DNA of 54,039 nucleotides from a virus (IMGVR_UViG_2541047747_000003), one strand, 5' to 3'; positions 27,091 to 36,694 are shown, counted from the stretch's first letter. Notes: generated by a model from the sequence alone, not told the origin. Numbers and translations: made by a program.

Positions 27091-27633
27091 ATGGCTAAGG
27101 CTAAAGGCATTAAGTTGCCTCAATTCAAAGTCCCGCTCTTTGAGCATACAACAGTTTTCTTTTGCCCGACCCGCGAGATGTTCCATGAATTTTGCGAAAA
27201 GGCAGGGATCCCAATCGAACCTGATTTCGAACTGGCAGGAGGATTAACACTTACTTGCACTGGTGAGAAAGGTGGTAACTTCTACGTGATCGCAGTATTC
27301 GATAATGAGTTAGGAACGCTGGTACATGAAGCGGCGCACACGACATTTCACGTTTTAAGTGATGTTGGCGTCGTGGCGACCACTGATCCCAGCCATCCAG
27401 CAAACGAGACTTACGCTTACATGGTAGGCCGTATCTTTGATGCTTTCTTCCCCATCCTGGCAGAATCAAACGAAGCACAGATCACAGCGATGCAGGCGGC
27501 TGAAGTCGTCGATCAGGCGCTGGAACAGGCAGAACAGCCGAAGGAAGAAGAAAAGCCAGCGAAGAAAGGTAAACGTAAGCCTAAGCAAAAAGATGCGTTA
27601 GTCCCGCGTGTAATGAGCTTTAAACGAGGCTGA
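27091..27633 (+). CDS. Hypothetical protein with HExxH motif and lysine-rich C-terminus
   Basis: 180 aa; TLVHEAAHTTFHV; C-terminal KKGKRKPKQKD. Confidence 0.5.
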   Translation: MAKAKGIKLPQFKVPLFEHTTVFFCPTREMFHEFCEKAGIPIEPDFELAGGLTLTCTGEKGGNFYVIAVFDNELGTLVHEAAHTTFHVLSDVGVVATTDPSHPANETYAYMVGRIFDAFFPILAESNEAQITAMQAAEVVDQALEQAEQPKEEEKPAKKGKRKPKQKDALVPRVMSFKRG

Positions 27634-27635
27634 TT

Positions 27636-27725
27636 ATGATTGCATCAATATTAACGTTTATAGGCGGTATGGCGGCTGGATTCATTCTTTGCATGTTTCT
27701 GGTGGCTATGTCTAAGCAGGATTGA
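27636..27725 (+). CDS. Hydrophobic micropeptide 1 (29 aa)
   Basis: Hand-translated MIASILTFIGGMAAGFILCMFLVAMSKQD; RBS GAGG. Confidence 0.35.
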   Translation: MIASILTFIGGMAAGFILCMFLVAMSKQD

Positions 27726-27727
27726 TT

Positions 27728-27835
27728 ATGGATGATTACATTATCGCCGGATTAATCGGTATCTCTGTGTTTCTGGTGGGTTCTATTATAGTTGCGCTGA
27801 TAAACGTATATATCAAGTATTTGGTGGAGGGGTAA
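27728..27835 (+). CDS. Hydrophobic micropeptide 2 (35 aa)
   Basis: Hand-translated MDDYIIAGLIGISVFLVGSIIVALINVYIKYLVEG. Confidence 0.35.
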   Translation: MDDYIIAGLIGISVFLVGSIIVALINVYIKYLVEG

Positions 27836-27836
27836 G

Positions 27837-27911
27837 ATGATTGACCCGCTCATTATCCTTTCTGCCTGCGTCGCTGTATGGCTGGCGATCATGATATTCA
27901 TTGAAAGCTGA
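27837..27911 (+). CDS. Hydrophobic micropeptide 3 (24 aa)
   Basis: Hand-translated MIDPLIILSACVAVWLAIMIFIES; RBS GGTGGAGGGG; start 1 nt after the previous stop. Confidence 0.35.
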   Translation: MIDPLIILSACVAVWLAIMIFIES

Positions 27912-27922
27912 AGGTATCCACA

Positions 27923-28003
27923 ATGAACGCATACGAAATGCTATTGCTGGTGGCTGTAGTTGTAGTCATTGCCGTAGATGTTTATCGGGAGTTTAAAAGA
28001 TGA
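27923..28003 (+). CDS. Hydrophobic micropeptide 4 (26 aa)
   Basis: Hand-translated MNAYEMLLLVAVVVVIAVDVYREFKR; RBS AAGGTA. Confidence 0.35.
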   Translation: MNAYEMLLLVAVVVVIAVDVYREFKR

Positions 28004-28068
28004 AATGGCTTGATTTCTTTTTTCTGATCGTTGCGATTGTTCTTACCATGACCGCGTTAACTCAATAG
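28000..28068 (+). CDS. Hydrophobic micropeptide 5 (22 aa)
   Basis: Hand-translated MKWLDFFFLIVAIVLTMTALTQ; ATGA overlap with the previous stop. Confidence 0.3.
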   Translation: MKWLDFFFLIVAIVLTMTALTQ

Positions 28069-28076
28069 GTGAACGC

Positions 28077-28151
28077 ATGAATGCTATTGATATTATGTTG
28101 ATCGTGTGTACCGTTGCGTTAATTATTATTGGGGTGATTATCAACGTCTGA
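28077..28151 (+). CDS. Hydrophobic micropeptide 6 (24 aa)
   Basis: Hand-translated MNAIDIMLIVCTVALIIIGVIINV; RBS AGGTGA. Confidence 0.35.
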   Translation: MNAIDIMLIVCTVALIIIGVIINV

Positions 28152-28221
28152 CAGTGACTTCTTAATTATGGCTATATGCACGTTGTTAGTCGTTATCGTT
28201 TTCTTCGCATAAAGGTAAACA

Positions 28222-28305
28222 ATGAAAGAGCTATTCGACTGGTTGGAAGTATTAACATACTGCGCAAGTTTTGTGGCTTGCGTATATATCATCAATAAAT
28301 ATTAA
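28222..28305 (+). CDS. Hydrophobic micropeptide 7 (27 aa)
   Basis: Hand-translated MKELFDWLEVLTYCASFVACVYIINKY; RBS AAGGTAAACA. Confidence 0.35.
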   Translation: MKELFDWLEVLTYCASFVACVYIINKY

Positions 28306-28314
28306 AGGGGTGAC

Positions 28315-28461
28315 ATGGTGAGCAATGAAGAACTAAAAATGGCTGATGAAATCAGAAAGGCACTTGACGCGGCAGAAAACAATGAAACCGTCTACTTTTC
28401 CGAACGGGAAGTAGAAAAGATGATGGATGAATTTAAATTAAGATTTGGAAAAGATAATTAA
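28315..28461 (+). CDS. Hypothetical small soluble protein (48 aa)
   Basis: Hand-translated MVSNEELKMADEIRKALDAAENNETVYFSEREVEKMMDEFKLRFGKDN; RBS GGGGTGA. Confidence 0.35.
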   Translation: MVSNEELKMADEIRKALDAAENNETVYFSEREVEKMMDEFKLRFGKDN

Positions 28462-28471
28462 GAGGTGAATT

Positions 28472-28957
28472 ATGGCCCGCACTAAAAAGGCAAAGGCTGA
28501 CGATAAAAAGCCAGCCGCAAAAAGGGTGGGCCGTCCGCATGGTTATACCGAAGAAAAAGCATTAGAAATCTGTGAGCTGGTGGCGGACGGTCAGAGTGTT
28601 AACAAAATTTCGAAGATGCCTGGTATGCCTACCCGTTCAACAATTCTTAAATGGTTCAGAGACGTGCCGGAATTCTCGGACATGTACATGCGCGCGAAGG
28701 AAATCGGCTTCGAGGTATTAGCTGATGAGATCCTCGATATAGCTGATGATGCTAAGAACGTTGATAAAGACCAACTACGCCGCCACCAACTAATGATTGA
28801 AACGCGTAAATGGTTACTGGCAAAACTGCAACCGCGTAAATACGGCGAACGTGTCACACAGGAGATTGTTGGCAATAAGGAAGAAGCGCCCGTCCAGGTT
28901 GAAGTCACGAAAGAAGAGATCGCCAGCATCGTCCAGGAAGTAGAAGACGAGGTGTGA
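28472..28957 (+). CDS. Terminase small subunit
   Basis: 161 aa directly upstream of the large subunit; basic N-terminus and HTH-like segment GQSVNKISKMPGMPTRSTILKW. Confidence 0.7.
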   Translation: MARTKKAKADDKKPAAKRVGRPHGYTEEKALEICELVADGQSVNKISKMPGMPTRSTILKWFRDVPEFSDMYMRAKEIGFEVLADEILDIADDAKNVDKDQLRRHQLMIETRKWLLAKLQPRKYGERVTQEIVGNKEEAPVQVEVTKEEIASIVQEVEDEV

Positions 28958-30438
28958 TTATGTTGTCCATCAAAGAAAGGGTTATTCAGTCAAAATGTGA
29001 AAACGATGGCCTGTTTTTCAATCGCTACTTCTATAAGCAAGCAAACGGAACGAAGATGTTAATCTCAGGCCATCATTTAGCCATCCGTGATGCACTGCAA
29101 CGCGTTATCAATGGTGAGATAACCCGACTCATCATCAATATTCCCCCAGGGTACGGCAAAACCATGATCGCCACTATCAATATGATGGCGCGGTCCCTCG
29201 CAATAAATCCCCGCACACGCTTCCTTCACGTTTCCTATTCCAACAACCTGGCGCTACTCAATTCCTCGACAGTAAGAAACATGATCTGTACGCCTGAATA
29301 TCAGGCAATGTGGACCATGAAGATCCGCAACGATGCCAACAGTAAATCGATGTGGTGGACTGAATACGGCGGCGGCGTGTATGCAACGTCATCGCTTGGT
29401 CAGGTTACTGGGTTCCGTGCAGGGTATATGGAACCGGGATTTAACGGCGCGTTAATCATCGATGACCCATTAAAACCCGCTGACGCTTACTCTGACGTGG
29501 TGAGAAAGCAGGTTAACACTAACTATAACGACACGCTTGCTTCACGTCTGGCAGTGCAAACAACGCCTGTTATCGTCATCATGCAACGCATCCACTACGA
29601 TGATTTGTCAGGCTACCTGCTACGCGGTGGGAGCGGGGAGAAATGGCATCACCTGAACCTGCCAGTGAAGATCGACAATAGCGTTGACTATCGGGATTTG
29701 TACCCTGAAAACGAGTTCGCTATCCCCATTCCTCACAATCTGCCAGATGGCTGGCTATGGCCTAAAAAGCACAATGACAGCCATGAAGCAGGACTGAAGG
29801 CACACAGACGGTCATTTGAGGCCCAGTACATGCAGCGCCCGCGTAAATTCGACGAAGAGGGTGCATTGTGGACTGAAGCAATGATAACCGCAGCGCACCG
29901 GATGCAGATAACGCAGGAGAAAATACGCACTGTAATAGCTATTGACCCGGCGACAACATCATCTGATGAGTCTGACGAAACAGGGATCGTGGCATGTTCC
30001 GCCTATGGTGGCGGTAAGAATGCTCAGTATTCTGTTGATGGCGACTACTCAGGCCGCATGTCTCCTAACGACTGGGCGCAGGCATCAATGAACGCCTACA
30101 ACATCCATGAAGCTGACGCGATGGTTATCGAAACTAACCAGGGCGGCGAAATGGCAGAGGCCACGTTGCGTAATGCCGGATTCAAAGGCCGTATTGTTAA
30201 GGTGCATGCAAGTAAAGGTAAGTTCGCCCGCGCCGAGCCAATATCGGCACTGTATGCACAAGGAAGGGTGGCACACACTGGTGAGCTGTACACGCTGGAA
30301 AATCAAATGATGGAATACGTGCCAGCCACCGCTAAAAAATCCCCTGACCGTATGGATGCTATGGTATGGGGTATCACTGAACTAAGCCAGCCACAGGCGA
30401 TGGGCCTCATGTTACCTAAGCGCCTGCGAGGGTTTTAA
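28954..30438 (+). CDS. Terminase large subunit
   Basis: 494 aa; Walker A-like PPGYGKT, Walker B-like LIIDDP, C-terminal nuclease domain with acidic residues. Confidence 0.85.
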   Translation: MIMLSIKERVIQSKCENDGLFFNRYFYKQANGTKMLISGHHLAIRDALQRVINGEITRLIINIPPGYGKTMIATINMMARSLAINPRTRFLHVSYSNNLALLNSSTVRNMICTPEYQAMWTMKIRNDANSKSMWWTEYGGGVYATSSLGQVTGFRAGYMEPGFNGALIIDDPLKPADAYSDVVRKQVNTNYNDTLASRLAVQTTPVIVIMQRIHYDDLSGYLLRGGSGEKWHHLNLPVKIDNSVDYRDLYPENEFAIPIPHNLPDGWLWPKKHNDSHEAGLKAHRRSFEAQYMQRPRKFDEEGALWTEAMITAAHRMQITQEKIRTVIAIDPATTSSDESDETGIVACSAYGGGKNAQYSVDGDYSGRMSPNDWAQASMNAYNIHEADAMVIETNQGGEMAEATLRNAGFKGRIVKVHASKGKFARAEPISALYAQGRVAHTGELYTLENQMMEYVPATAKKSPDRMDAMVWGITELSQPQAMGLMLPKRLRGF

Positions 30439-30586
30439 GTTATTGATTATTATCAACTTCGAAAAATTTTCGAAGATGAACAAGAATAATTCTCAATTGG
30501 CTACATAAAATCTGTCTCACAATCCCCCACAAGTTTTTCTATTTTTCGCGTAGCAACGCGTAAACATGTATTCAGGAGTAAATATT

Positions 30587-31966
30587 ATGCCATCCAATTT
30601 AGAATTGGCGGTTAATGCTGCCTTGTCACAACGCCAGGCGGCCTTTGCCCGCTATGCAGCCGCTAACCCATTCTCAATGGGTATTGATGCAAAACGTGAT
30701 GCTGCGTGGAGTGAATACGGATTCAAAGAAGAAATCACCTATGCCGATTTATACAAACTGTATCGTCGCGGTGGTATCGCTCACGGTGCTATTGAGAAGA
30801 TCATTACTACGTGCTGGCGCACCAGGCCAACGCTGATTGAAGGTACGGAAGACGAGAAAGCGGAAAAGGAAACTTCGTGGGAAAGAGAAATCAAAAAACG
30901 ATTCGACAATAGATTCTGGCGCGTAATTGCTGAATGCGATCGCCGCCGCCTCATCGGTCGTTATGCTGGACTGTTAATTCACGTCAGGGATAACAAGCCG
31001 TGGGATCAGCCAGTAACAAAAGGCGTAGGCATTGCCAAATTTACCCCCGTATGGGCTGGTGCTCTTACACCGAAGGACTTCGAAGAAAACCCGGATAAAG
31101 AAAACTATGGCCTGCCGACATGGTGGGAATACAAGGAGCGCATCAACAGTAAGACCATAGCAAGAAAGATACATCCAGACCGGATATTTATCTTCGGTGA
31201 TTATTCTGATGATGCCATTGCTTTCCTTGAGCCGTCCTATAACGCTTTTGTATCGCTGGAGAAAGTGGAAGGCGGTAGCGGTGAATCCTTCCTTAAAAAC
31301 GCCGCACGCCAACTGGCTATCTCGTTCGATAAAGAGATTGATTTCCGTTCCCTGGCTGCGACATACGGTTGCGACGTTACAGAGCTGCGCGAAAAATTCA
31401 ATGAAGCGGCAGAGGATATAAACAAAGGGAATGATGTGATGATGGCATTACAGGGAGCCACCGTTAGCCCGCTGGTCACTGCCGTAGCAGATCCGTCCGC
31501 AACCTATGACGTCAACCTGCAAACCGCCGCCGCTGGTATCGACATTCCAACGCGTATCCTGGTTGGGAATCAGCAGGGCGAACGCGCATCAACTGAAGAC
31601 CTCCGCTACTTCAATAATCGCTGTATGACCCGCCGTGAGGAAATAGGAGGCGAGCTTGAGGAACTATTCCGCAAGATGGCAGATCTCCGCCTTATCAGTA
31701 TGCCAGTCGATGTATCAGTGTTATGGGATGACCTTAACGCCATGACAAAAGCCGAACTACTGGAAGCGGCACACAAGATGGCGCAAATCAATCAGGCATG
31801 TCTCGCTACTGGTGAGGAAATATTTAGCGGCGATGAGATCCGCGAAGCTGCCGGATATGAAGGGCCAACGCAGGAAGTAGAAGTGGAAGACGAGGACGAT
31901 AAAGATGAAGATGAAAGTAAAGAGAATAATCAAAAAGATTCCGCCGTCCGCGATAATGCCATCTAA
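30587..31966 (+). CDS. Portal protein
   Basis: About 460 aa immediately after terL; acidic C-terminus; start chosen at MPSNLELAV with an AGGAG RBS. Confidence 0.65.
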   Translation: MPSNLELAVNAALSQRQAAFARYAAANPFSMGIDAKRDAAWSEYGFKEEITYADLYKLYRRGGIAHGAIEKIITTCWRTRPTLIEGTEDEKAEKETSWEREIKKRFDNRFWRVIAECDRRRLIGRYAGLLIHVRDNKPWDQPVTKGVGIAKFTPVWAGALTPKDFEENPDKENYGLPTWWEYKERINSKTIARKIHPDRIFIFGDYSDDAIAFLEPSYNAFVSLEKVEGGSGESFLKNAARQLAISFDKEIDFRSLAATYGCDVTELREKFNEAAEDINKGNDVMMALQGATVSPLVTAVADPSATYDVNLQTAAAGIDIPTRILVGNQQGERASTEDLRYFNNRCMTRREEIGGELEELFRKMADLRLISMPVDVSVLWDDLNAMTKAELLEAAHKMAQINQACLATGEEIFSGDEIREAAGYEGPTQEVEVEDEDDKDEDESKENNQKDSAVRDNAI

Positions 31967-32852
31967 CACCGAAGACCCGACCATGACAGGTAAGTTGCGG
32001 TCTGGAGCTATTAAGCGTTTTAAATCCTGCCTGAAGAAAATAGCCGATCCATATATCGCCATACTGGACAAAATACAATATAGCCTGGCTGTTAATAAGA
32101 AATATACCTTCCAGATTTACATGGATGAATTGCACGACATGCTGGAGGACGCCAGCGACATGATTGATGAGATATTCGAGCTAACCGACCCGGAAAGTTT
32201 TTGGTTCTGGCAGGAATACGTGAAGGTCGCGTATCAGCGAGGCACGGCACAGGAATACGCCAACCTTGCTAACCAGTCTGTCACGTACTCAAGCGTTTAT
32301 CCCGATGTATCTGCCGTACTATCAAGCACAACCTACCGCACGCGCCTTGCCCTGGTCCGTACCCGTGTATTTGAGGAAATGCGCGGGCTGACAGCACAGA
32401 TCAAAAAGGATATGGCCCGCCGACTAACTGAAGGCATGGCCCGTGGTTTAAACCCACTGGAAATAGCGCGCACATTGAATCAGGAGACGCAATTACCGCT
32501 ATACAGATGCAAACGTATTGCTCGAACTGAAATATGCACAGCGTTACACACAGCGCGTATGGATGAGGCAGAAGCGGCGACAGAAGAATTTAATCTGCGC
32601 ACTATGCAAATGCACATTTCGGCATTGTCACCGACTACCAGGCTATCGCACGCGCAGCGGCACGGGAAAACATACACCATAGATGAGCAGCGCGAATGGT
32701 GGAGTAGATCCCCTAATTCAATTAACTGCAAATGTAGCACGATTACCGTATTAGTTGACGAAGACGGTAACATATTAAACGAAAGAATATTAGATCGGGC
32801 GCAAGAAAACTATAAAGTTGCGCACGCTAAATATGGCGAAGATTGGGAGTAA
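31905..32852 (+). CDS. Head morphogenesis protein (Mu F / SPP1 gp7-like); start uncertain
   Basis: 315-aa ORF after the portal gene with a conserved Mu F-like C-terminal region; several candidate starts overlap the portal 3' end. Confidence 0.65.
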   Translation: MKMKVKRIIKKIPPSAIMPSNTEDPTMTGKLRSGAIKRFKSCLKKIADPYIAILDKIQYSLAVNKKYTFQIYMDELHDMLEDASDMIDEIFELTDPESFWFWQEYVKVAYQRGTAQEYANLANQSVTYSSVYPDVSAVLSSTTYRTRLALVRTRVFEEMRGLTAQIKKDMARRLTEGMARGLNPLEIARTLNQETQLPLYRCKRIARTEICTALHTARMDEAEAATEEFNLRTMQMHISALSPTTRLSHAQRHGKTYTIDEQREWWSRSPNSINCKCSTITVLVDEDGNILNERILDRAQENYKVAHAKYGEDWE

Positions 32853-32857
32853 AAACC

Positions 32858-34168
32858 GTGAGTAAAGAATTAATTCAGGTTAATACCAAATTAACCGCTA
32901 ATACCATACGCCGGGAAACTTATAACGGACGCGAGCACATTGTTGTGCCATCATATACGCTGCCATTCAATATCGTTATGAATCGTGAGTATTACCCAGA
33001 AGCTGAAATTATCGCTAATTACCAGTCACTGGAGGGGACGCTTGCACCGTTAGGCCATCCTACCGTTGACGGTAAATTTGTTTCCGCATTTAGCCCGGAA
33101 GGATTGAACACGGGTTTTTGTGGAGCGTGGAACAGAAACGTTGAGTTACGCGGCAACCGTGTTTATGTGGAAAAATGGGTGGACGTGGAAACCGCCAGCC
33201 ATTCAGAGCAGGGCCGGGAATTGTTAAGCCGACTGGAAGCGCTGGAGAAGGGAGAGAGCAAAGATCCTATCTGGTCGTCCGTCGCTGTATATCGCCAGCG
33301 TATGCCAGCCACCGAAGATATGAAAGCCCAGGGCGCTGACCATGTAGTGAAAATCATGTCGATCGACCATGACGCTATTTTGCTGCATGAGCCTCCAGCC
33401 GCTTCACCGGAACAAGGTGTAGGCCTGATGGTTAATACTGACCAGGCAAAACCGTTAATGTCGGTGGCGATGAAAGAAAACAGCTACAGAACACTTGAGA
33501 AACAATTAACAGACGCGGCGCGGGATTTATTCCCTGATGCTGATTATGTGTATGTGGTGGACTTCACTGATAAAGAGGTGACGATCGCCACTAATGCGGA
33601 AAGTGCTCAAGTTTGCGCATATGAAAAACAGGCTGATAAAATTATTCTCAATAATGGCGAGCTTGCAACCAACGAGGAAAGTAAATCATGGTTTGCTCAG
33701 TTCGCTGAACACCTTTCTAATCTTTTCTCCCTGAATGAAAAAATTAAGGCCAATAAATCGGAGGACGATCCCATGCCTTTAACAAAAGAAGAACGCGCCG
33801 AACTGGTAAAAGAAATTAACGAAGGCTTAGCCGCCAATATCGCTAATGCAGTAGCAGAGGCATTAAAACCAGTACAGGCAAGCGTAGAAGAATTACAGAC
33901 CAACCAAGAAGAATTACAGACCAACCAAGAAGAATTACAGACCAACCAGAAAGCAATTAAAGAAGAAATTGCAGCAAACGCAAATAAAGAAGTAGCAGAA
34001 AAACGCGCCGCAGTAGCAAAAGTTCACGGCGAAATTGTTGCTAACGCATTAAGCGGTGAAGCATTAGAGGCAATGTTTAAATCCCTGGGTAAAGCAACTC
34101 CGCTAGCCGCCAACACAGCAAGTGAAGACAAAAAAGGTGAAGTCCCTGACTTTAACACTTATTTCTAA
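32858..34168 (+). CDS. Putative scaffolding protein (possibly DUF2213-like)
   Basis: GTG start after a GGGAG RBS; lies between the head morphogenesis and capsid genes; coiled-coil C-terminal half with tandem EELQTNQ repeats. Confidence 0.5.
   Translation: MSKELIQVNTKLTANTIRRETYNGREHIVVPSYTLPFNIVMNREYYPEAEIIANYQSLEGTLAPLGHPTVDGKFVSAFSPEGLNTGFCGAWNRNVELRGNRVYVEKWVDVETASHSEQGRELLSRLEALEKGESKDPIWSSVAVYRQRMPATEDMKAQGADHVVKIMSIDHDAILLHEPPAASPEQGVGLMVNTDQAKPLMSVAMKENSYRTLEKQLTDAARDLFPDADYVYVVDFTDKEVTIATNAESAQVCAYEKQADKIILNNGELATNEESKSWFAQFAEHLSNLFSLNEKIKANKSEDDPMPLTKEERAELVKEINEGLAANIANAVAEALKPVQASVEELQTNQEELQTNQEELQTNQKAIKEEIAANANKEVAEKRAAVAKVHGEIVANALSGEALEAMFKSLGKATPLAANTASEDKKGEVPDFNTYF
33887..33949 (+). 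repeat. Tandem 21-bp repeat (3 copies) inside the scaffold gene
   Basis: GAAGAATTACAGACCAACCAA x3 (last copy has one change), encoding EELQTNQ x3. Confidence 0.8.
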
Positions 34169-34182
34169 CTGGAGGGAATACA

Positions 34183-34611
34183 ATGTCTCGTTTTCGTCGT
34201 GTAAATATTGATGGTAAATCCATTACCGAAACCTACACTGCTAAGGTCGCAGTAAAACCAGGTGAACTGGTAAAACTGGACGGAGGTAAGTTTGCAAAAG
34301 CAACCAGTGCTGATGTCGGTGCAGCTCAGTTGTACATCGTCAACCCGGCATTCCACGAAGGCAAAACCATTACTGATGCAATCGCTGCAAATGAAACTGT
34401 TGTTGCTGATTATGTGGAACAGGGCCGAGAGTTTGCTCTCCTTGTTCCTGCAGCCGCTTATGTTAAGGGTGCAGCTATTGCTCTCGCAGCTGACGGGGTG
34501 AAACTGTTTGTTGCGCCAAGTGAACAGGCAGCGCCAGATCCGATCATCGCATACTGCCAGGAAGACGTAACCCTGGAAGCGGAAGATTTTATCCGCGTTC
34601 GCGTGGCTTAA
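34183..34611 (+). CDS. Putative head decoration / capsid accessory protein
   Basis: 142-aa Ala/Val-rich ORF immediately upstream of the capsid gene; RBS GGAGGGAATA. Confidence 0.45.
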   Translation: MSRFRRVNIDGKSITETYTAKVAVKPGELVKLDGGKFAKATSADVGAAQLYIVNPAFHEGKTITDAIAANETVVADYVEQGREFALLVPAAAYVKGAAIALAADGVKLFVAPSEQAAPDPIIAYCQEDVTLEAEDFIRVRVA

Positions 34612-34628
34612 TTTAAAAGGGGAATAAC

Positions 34629-35693
34629 ATGTACTTTACTAAAGAAAACCTTGTCGCCAACTCCCGGATGCAGAGCCATTGGAAAGAACTGTGGGCGCAA
34701 CGCAATATCTTCAACGAGCAGCACAACGCCATGATTGCAGCAAATCAGGCAAATATGACCGCTGAAATGTTGACCTGTAACGCCGTCGGCGGCTTCGCAA
34801 AAGAATTCTGGAAAGAAATCGATAACCAAATCATTGAACTGAACACCGAAGAGGTCGGTATCGAGATCGTAAACGACCTGATGGGTGTACAGACCGTATT
34901 ACCAATCGGTAAAACGCTGAAAATGTACAACGTATCCGGCGACATTAACGATGAGGTCGTAATGTCTATGGATGGTCAAGCGCCACACAGCTTTGATCAC
35001 ACCGAATACGGCAGCGATGGCGACCCGATCCCGATGTTCGCAGCGGGTTACGGTGTTAACTGGCGTTTAGCTCAGGGCTTAAATACTGTAGGTATCGACC
35101 TTGCATTAGACAGCCAGCGCCTTAAACTGAAAAAATTCAACAAAGCACGCGTCCAGTTCTACCTGAATGGTAACGATCGCATCGTGGTTGATGATCATAA
35201 AGCAATGGGTATTAAAAACCACAAAAACACCCAGCAACTTAAACTGAAAACTGTTGCTAAAATCGACCTTACCACTGCGGCTTTCGATAAGATTATTGAA
35301 TTCTTTACCACTGGTGAGTTCGGGAAACTGGCCCGCGCCAACTTCGTAGCTAAATACGATGTAATGTGGGTATCGCCAGAAATCATGGCTAACCTGGCAC
35401 GCCCACACATCGTTAATGGCGCAATTGTTGGTAGTGTGCTGGATGTTATCAAGCCGTTTGTCCCGGTTGGTGATATTCGCCAGACCTATGCGCTGACTGG
35501 CAACGAATTTATCGCTTATCAGCGTAGCCGCAGCGTCATCACCCCGCTGATTGGCATGACCACTGGCGTAGTTCCGTTACCGCGCATGATGCCGACTGAT
35601 AACTACAACTTCCGCATCATGTCCGCTGAGGGTCTGCAAATCACCCGTGACATGGAAGGTCGTTCAGGAGTGGTCTACGGCAGCAATACCTGA
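34629..35693 (+). CDS. Major capsid protein
   Basis: 354-aa ORF in the canonical position, strong RBS AAAGGGGAATAACATG, followed by an intrinsic terminator. Confidence 0.65.
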   Translation: MYFTKENLVANSRMQSHWKELWAQRNIFNEQHNAMIAANQANMTAEMLTCNAVGGFAKEFWKEIDNQIIELNTEEVGIEIVNDLMGVQTVLPIGKTLKMYNVSGDINDEVVMSMDGQAPHSFDHTEYGSDGDPIPMFAAGYGVNWRLAQGLNTVGIDLALDSQRLKLKKFNKARVQFYLNGNDRIVVDDHKAMGIKNHKNTQQLKLKTVAKIDLTTAAFDKIIEFFTTGEFGKLARANFVAKYDVMWVSPEIMANLARPHIVNGAIVGSVLDVIKPFVPVGDIRQTYALTGNEFIAYQRSRSVITPLIGMTTGVVPLPRMMPTDNYNFRIMSAEGLQITRDMEGRSGVVYGSNT

Positions 35694-35712
35694 TTGATAT
35701 GTTTCTGTAGCT

Positions 35713-35740
35713 CCCCGGCGCAATGCCGGGGATTTTTTTT
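35713..35740 (+). terminator. Rho-independent terminator after the capsid gene
   Basis: Stem CCCCGGCG / loop CAAT / GCCGGGG followed by an 8-T run. Confidence 0.7.
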
Positions 35741-35758
35741 GTATGTGGAGAAAACAAA

Positions 35759-36145
35759 ATGGTTACCACACAACAGGCGCGGGAATATCTCGAAAGCCAG
35801 GGGATTGAAATACCAGACGTGGTTTTATCTTTGCTGGTGGAGCAGGCAAATAGCGTTAATGAATGCCTTGATGCCAATTATCCGTCCTCCACTGCAACAT
35901 TGATTCAGCTTTATCTCATTGGCCTGTTAGGACTCAGCCAGGCTGATAAATACGTTTCCTCGCAGACTGGTCCGAACGGTGCAAGCCAGTCTTACCGCTA
36001 TGTCGATTTTAATAAGCGATGGAAGGCGGCCTATTCGTTGCTTTACTCACTGGACAAACACCATTGTACAGCCGAACTAATTCCACCAGATCCAGAAAAC
36101 ACCGCGCACGCCGGGCTGTGGATTGGTAAGAGCAGGAGGATGTGA
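35759..36145 (+). CDS. Putative head-tail connector / adaptor protein
   Basis: Start chosen at MVTTQQAREYL with a GGAG RBS; first gene after the capsid terminator. Confidence 0.45.
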   Translation: MVTTQQAREYLESQGIEIPDVVLSLLVEQANSVNECLDANYPSSTATLIQLYLIGLLGLSQADKYVSSQTGPNGASQSYRYVDFNKRWKAAYSLLYSLDKHHCTAELIPPDPENTAHAGLWIGKSRRM

Positions 36146-36333
36146 CAATGTGGAACGACCTGACATTACCAAATCCAGTATTGCCGAAACCATTTACCCG
36201 CGTGTGGGTTAAAACGGATAGCGGACGCCAGGTGGCGGCCTACCTCAATGATGCTGGCTTATGGGTAATTCTTTGCCCGCGCGTGGCGAAAACTCATCCA
36301 AAGGTCATTAGCTGGAGTTACGGCTATGAGTAA
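36142..36333 (+). CDS. Hypothetical head-tail joining protein
   Basis: 63-aa ORF coupled to neighbours. Confidence 0.4.
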   Translation: MTMWNDLTLPNPVLPKPFTRVWVKTDSGRQVAAYLNDAGLWVILCPRVAKTHPKVISWSYGYE

Positions 36334-36694
36334 GATTGCGCGATTCAGTTACAAGGCATTAGCCACCATCTACCCCGTAACGCATGACGACTGGACAAAC
36401 GCCGACGTATACGGCGCACCATACCTGATTAACTGCGCATGGGAGCGCACCGACGGCACTGCAACAGACACAAACGGTAATGAGGTTAGCAATACAATAA
36501 CCGTATTTACCGAACTGCTTCATAATATGCAGCCAGTGCAGCGCCCGAAAAACGGCTGGATGATTGCCACTGGCGACACCACTAATATTTCCGACCCGCT
36601 GGTGGCTGGGGCCAACGTTATTACCGGGATCGTTGAATGGGATATGAGCATGTTTAACGACACGCCGGATTATAAGATCGTGACAGGGGGTTAA
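36326..36694 (+). CDS. Hypothetical head-tail joining protein
   Basis: 122-aa ORF. Confidence 0.45.
   Translation: MSKIARFSYKALATIYPVTHDDWTNADVYGAPYLINCAWERTDGTATDTNGNEVSNTITVFTELLHNMQPVQRPKNGWMIATGDTTNISDPLVAGANVITGIVEWDMSMFNDTPDYKIVTGG

Noticed and set aside
33697-33945. 82-aa minus-strand ORF with a repeated CNSSWLV sequence
   Set aside because: Antisense reading of the 21-bp tandem repeat in the scaffold gene.
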